Positions 51,860-54,184 of a DNA stretch of 54,184 bases are shown piece after piece (position 1 is the first letter of the stretch; each line of letters begins with the position of its first letter). Source of the DNA: Octopus bimaculoides (Eukaryota); assembly GCF_001194135.2 (NCBI RefSeq), contig NC_068989.1, forward strand, positions 27,947,398 through 28,001,581, given 5' to 3'. Made by a program: the position numbers and the translations under genes. Below the pieces are notes generated by a model. The model saw nothing but the letters and a program-made list of their open reading frames with translations. It did not search any database and had not been told where the DNA came from.

Positions 51860-53470
51860 ATTCATGGATTGAGCTGCATATGGAACTGGTCTGCGAGACC
51901 TACATACACGATTTAAATCGGACTTGCTTTGTTTAACTTGCTTTCTATAACTTGCAACGCCCCAACGGCTCTCTGAAAGCGGGCGGTTATTTGTCCTTCT
52001 GTAAATGGGTAAAAGCGTCAGATGATACATCTTGAAAGGAACGATTGATAGGACCACTCGTTTACTGCATAAGTCCACTTCAGTAATCCAGTCTAAACCA
52101 TGTCAATTTGCCAAATAATAAGTTCCATTAAAAGGATTTGAATCACACTGTTACTTATTCTTAATCCAACCAATAAGGTTTAAATTATCACCTAATGCAT
52201 CCTTCGCAATGTGTTCCGTCCCAGCTATCTGTGGGCAACCAAGTTGCTTCCATGTTTTGCGAGAAATCAACGTGATATCAGATGCTGTGTCTGTCATTTA
52301 ACTGGAATACCATCTATTGAAGCAATTGAATACTTGCGCATTTTGTTTGAGAGTCCACTTTAAAACTGACATAAATAGTATTGTGTTGCTTGTAAGGGCA
52401 ACACTTCCCATTTCTTGCATCGCAAAACCAGCGTAGCTGGAGCGGACGGGATTTCTCTTTCTGGCAATAGGTAATGGCTTAGGATTAGTTTTCGCTTGAT
52501 TTACTGACTCTAAACTTGTTAACTTGTAATTCGTTTCAAACATTTTCATATTGTATTTCAAGTTTATTAATTTTGGCACTCTTCACTGTAGTCTTAATTG
52601 TTATAACGGTTTTGTACGAAAGTCTGCATCCGACGGTGATTGTAGAACAACAACGGAGAGTAATCACTTAAATTGATTATGAGTTACAGAATTCAAATTG
52701 AAATGTTCACATTCGCGCTTTACTCTACTTGCAAATGACAAAATCTTCCTACTCGGACTTGACAGTTTGAAAACAATTGTATCTAAATTTGAACAAAAAT
52801 GGGTTCGCATAAAAAATCTGAAGTATTTCAACTGCCTCATTGAAATCGATGTCTCGAGGATTTTCGGTAGTTTATAGTTGATGTATTTAGCGTTCCAAAC
52901 TTGGCTAATAACAAATCTAACTTTTGTCTGATTGTCAAAATTCAGCCAAAAACATCTTCAAAACGTATAAACCATGAATCAAAAGTAATATTGGAAAATT
53001 GGGTAAAAAAATTAATTCTGTAATTGGAATTTGAAGCTGCCAGAGATTTGTCAATTTTTGAGTTGATAGATAAGCATTGGGTTAGTAATTCAATACGGGT
53101 AAACTCTGTTGCCTCAAAATGTTTCAGTTGGCATTCGGGAACCGTTTCTATTTGCTCATAAGAAATAACAATTTTAACCCATCCTCGTCACCTTCGTTGT
53201 AACTATAATTGTGTTTGCAATTTGAGCTTTGAGTACTAAACTAATACAATATAACCCACTAGATTCCAACGTAGAACTCGTAACTCGTTTACTTGGATAG
53301 AAGTTATATTATAACAATTGACAAAAGTAAAACTGTCTGTCAGGCAAACAACCCGAACGAGAACGCACACAGAAGGGCTACTTCCAAGGACGCGATAGCT
53401 TGAACGTCACGTTCACGTGCAGAAAAACTATTGGTTGTCTTATTCCAAACAAATGTTATACACTAAGACA
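51860..53470 (-). mobile_element. Ty3/Gypsy LTR retrotransposon, 5' half (LTR, PBS, gag, protease, start of RT), decayed
   Basis: Minus strand: LTR-like end ACA at 53198-53200 and a PBS-like AGGTGACGAGG at 53183-53193. Gag remnants NPRDIDF and FASRVKRECEHF...QFK...LQSPSDADFRTK. Protease TDTASDITLISRKTWKQLGCP, GLDWI, then RRPVPYA. Confidence 0.8.
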
Positions 53471-54184
53471 AGGAAAAATATGCTTAAGGGGCGAGTTATA
53501 GTTGAGTGTATCTACCACAGCACACAACTGGTATTTTATCGATTTCCCAAGAGAATGGCGGCGAAATTTGATTCTCACAATAATTAAACACAAAATGTAG
53601 AGGAAATACTGTACATTTTCTGTCATTCTAACACAGCTTTACTAGTTATAAAATACTATATTGATTTTGTAATTTTAGTAGCATTTAATTTGCTTTAAGT
53701 AGATTTTATTTGCAATCTACGTGCACGATTCACACTGAAATAGATTGAGGAAAAAGCTAAAATTGTGTATCCGTAAAACGAATTAATTATCCCCGTTGTA
53801 TTTTTGCTTTTTAAAACGAAATTCGACATGCAGTCAACGTAGGCGTTCTTTAACAACCCAGTTTCATTACCTTGCAATAATGAGATGAAAATACATGCGT
53901 TTTTCTTCCATTTTGTTTATTCTCAATTTATGAAGACATTTCACATTTTTACTCGAATAATCTATTAAAGTATGTCGCTATATGAACAAGTGGTTACATA
54001 TTTTAGTGAATATGAATAAATTTTCTTGATAACTACGGTAGCCAGTATTTGTTTCTGATTCGGTGACAGCATTTTTCTATCAACATTGAAAGAAAGTATC
54101 CTTGTCGTGTTATTTTAATGACCATTTAACATTATTTGTAGCATATATATCCTGTGCCGATATATATATATATATATATATATA

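Overview
AT-rich, microsatellite- and transposon-dense animal genomic DNA from a gapped draft assembly. The repeat families look like those of an octopus (coleoid cephalopod); this is an inference from repeat style, not a database result. The only host gene I can support is one coding exon (14842-15565, +) of a GPR158/GPR179-like class C GPCR. It has a signal peptide, a Cache-like ectodomain, an upstream splice acceptor and a phase-1 GTAAGT donor. No downstream exon was recognised, so most of the remaining ~38 kb is probably intron. The rest is decayed mobile DNA: Tc1 and mariner transposons, a Helitron remnant, several Penelope-like (GIY-YIG/RT) fragments, tRNA-derived SINEs, four R4/Dong-like LINE fragments associated with (TAA)n, and the 5' half of a Ty3/Gypsy element. 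The most notable unannotated signal is RNA-level: several minimal type I hammerhead ribozyme motifs. The strongest case is an ORF-less ~473-bp tandem repeat (39122-40476) with one hammerhead per unit, a palindromic helix III and an inverted first copy. This resembles a retrozyme or circular-RNA-producing array, with two hammerheads on the sense strand of the putative GPCR intron. All ribozyme calls are from manual pairing only and none has been tested.
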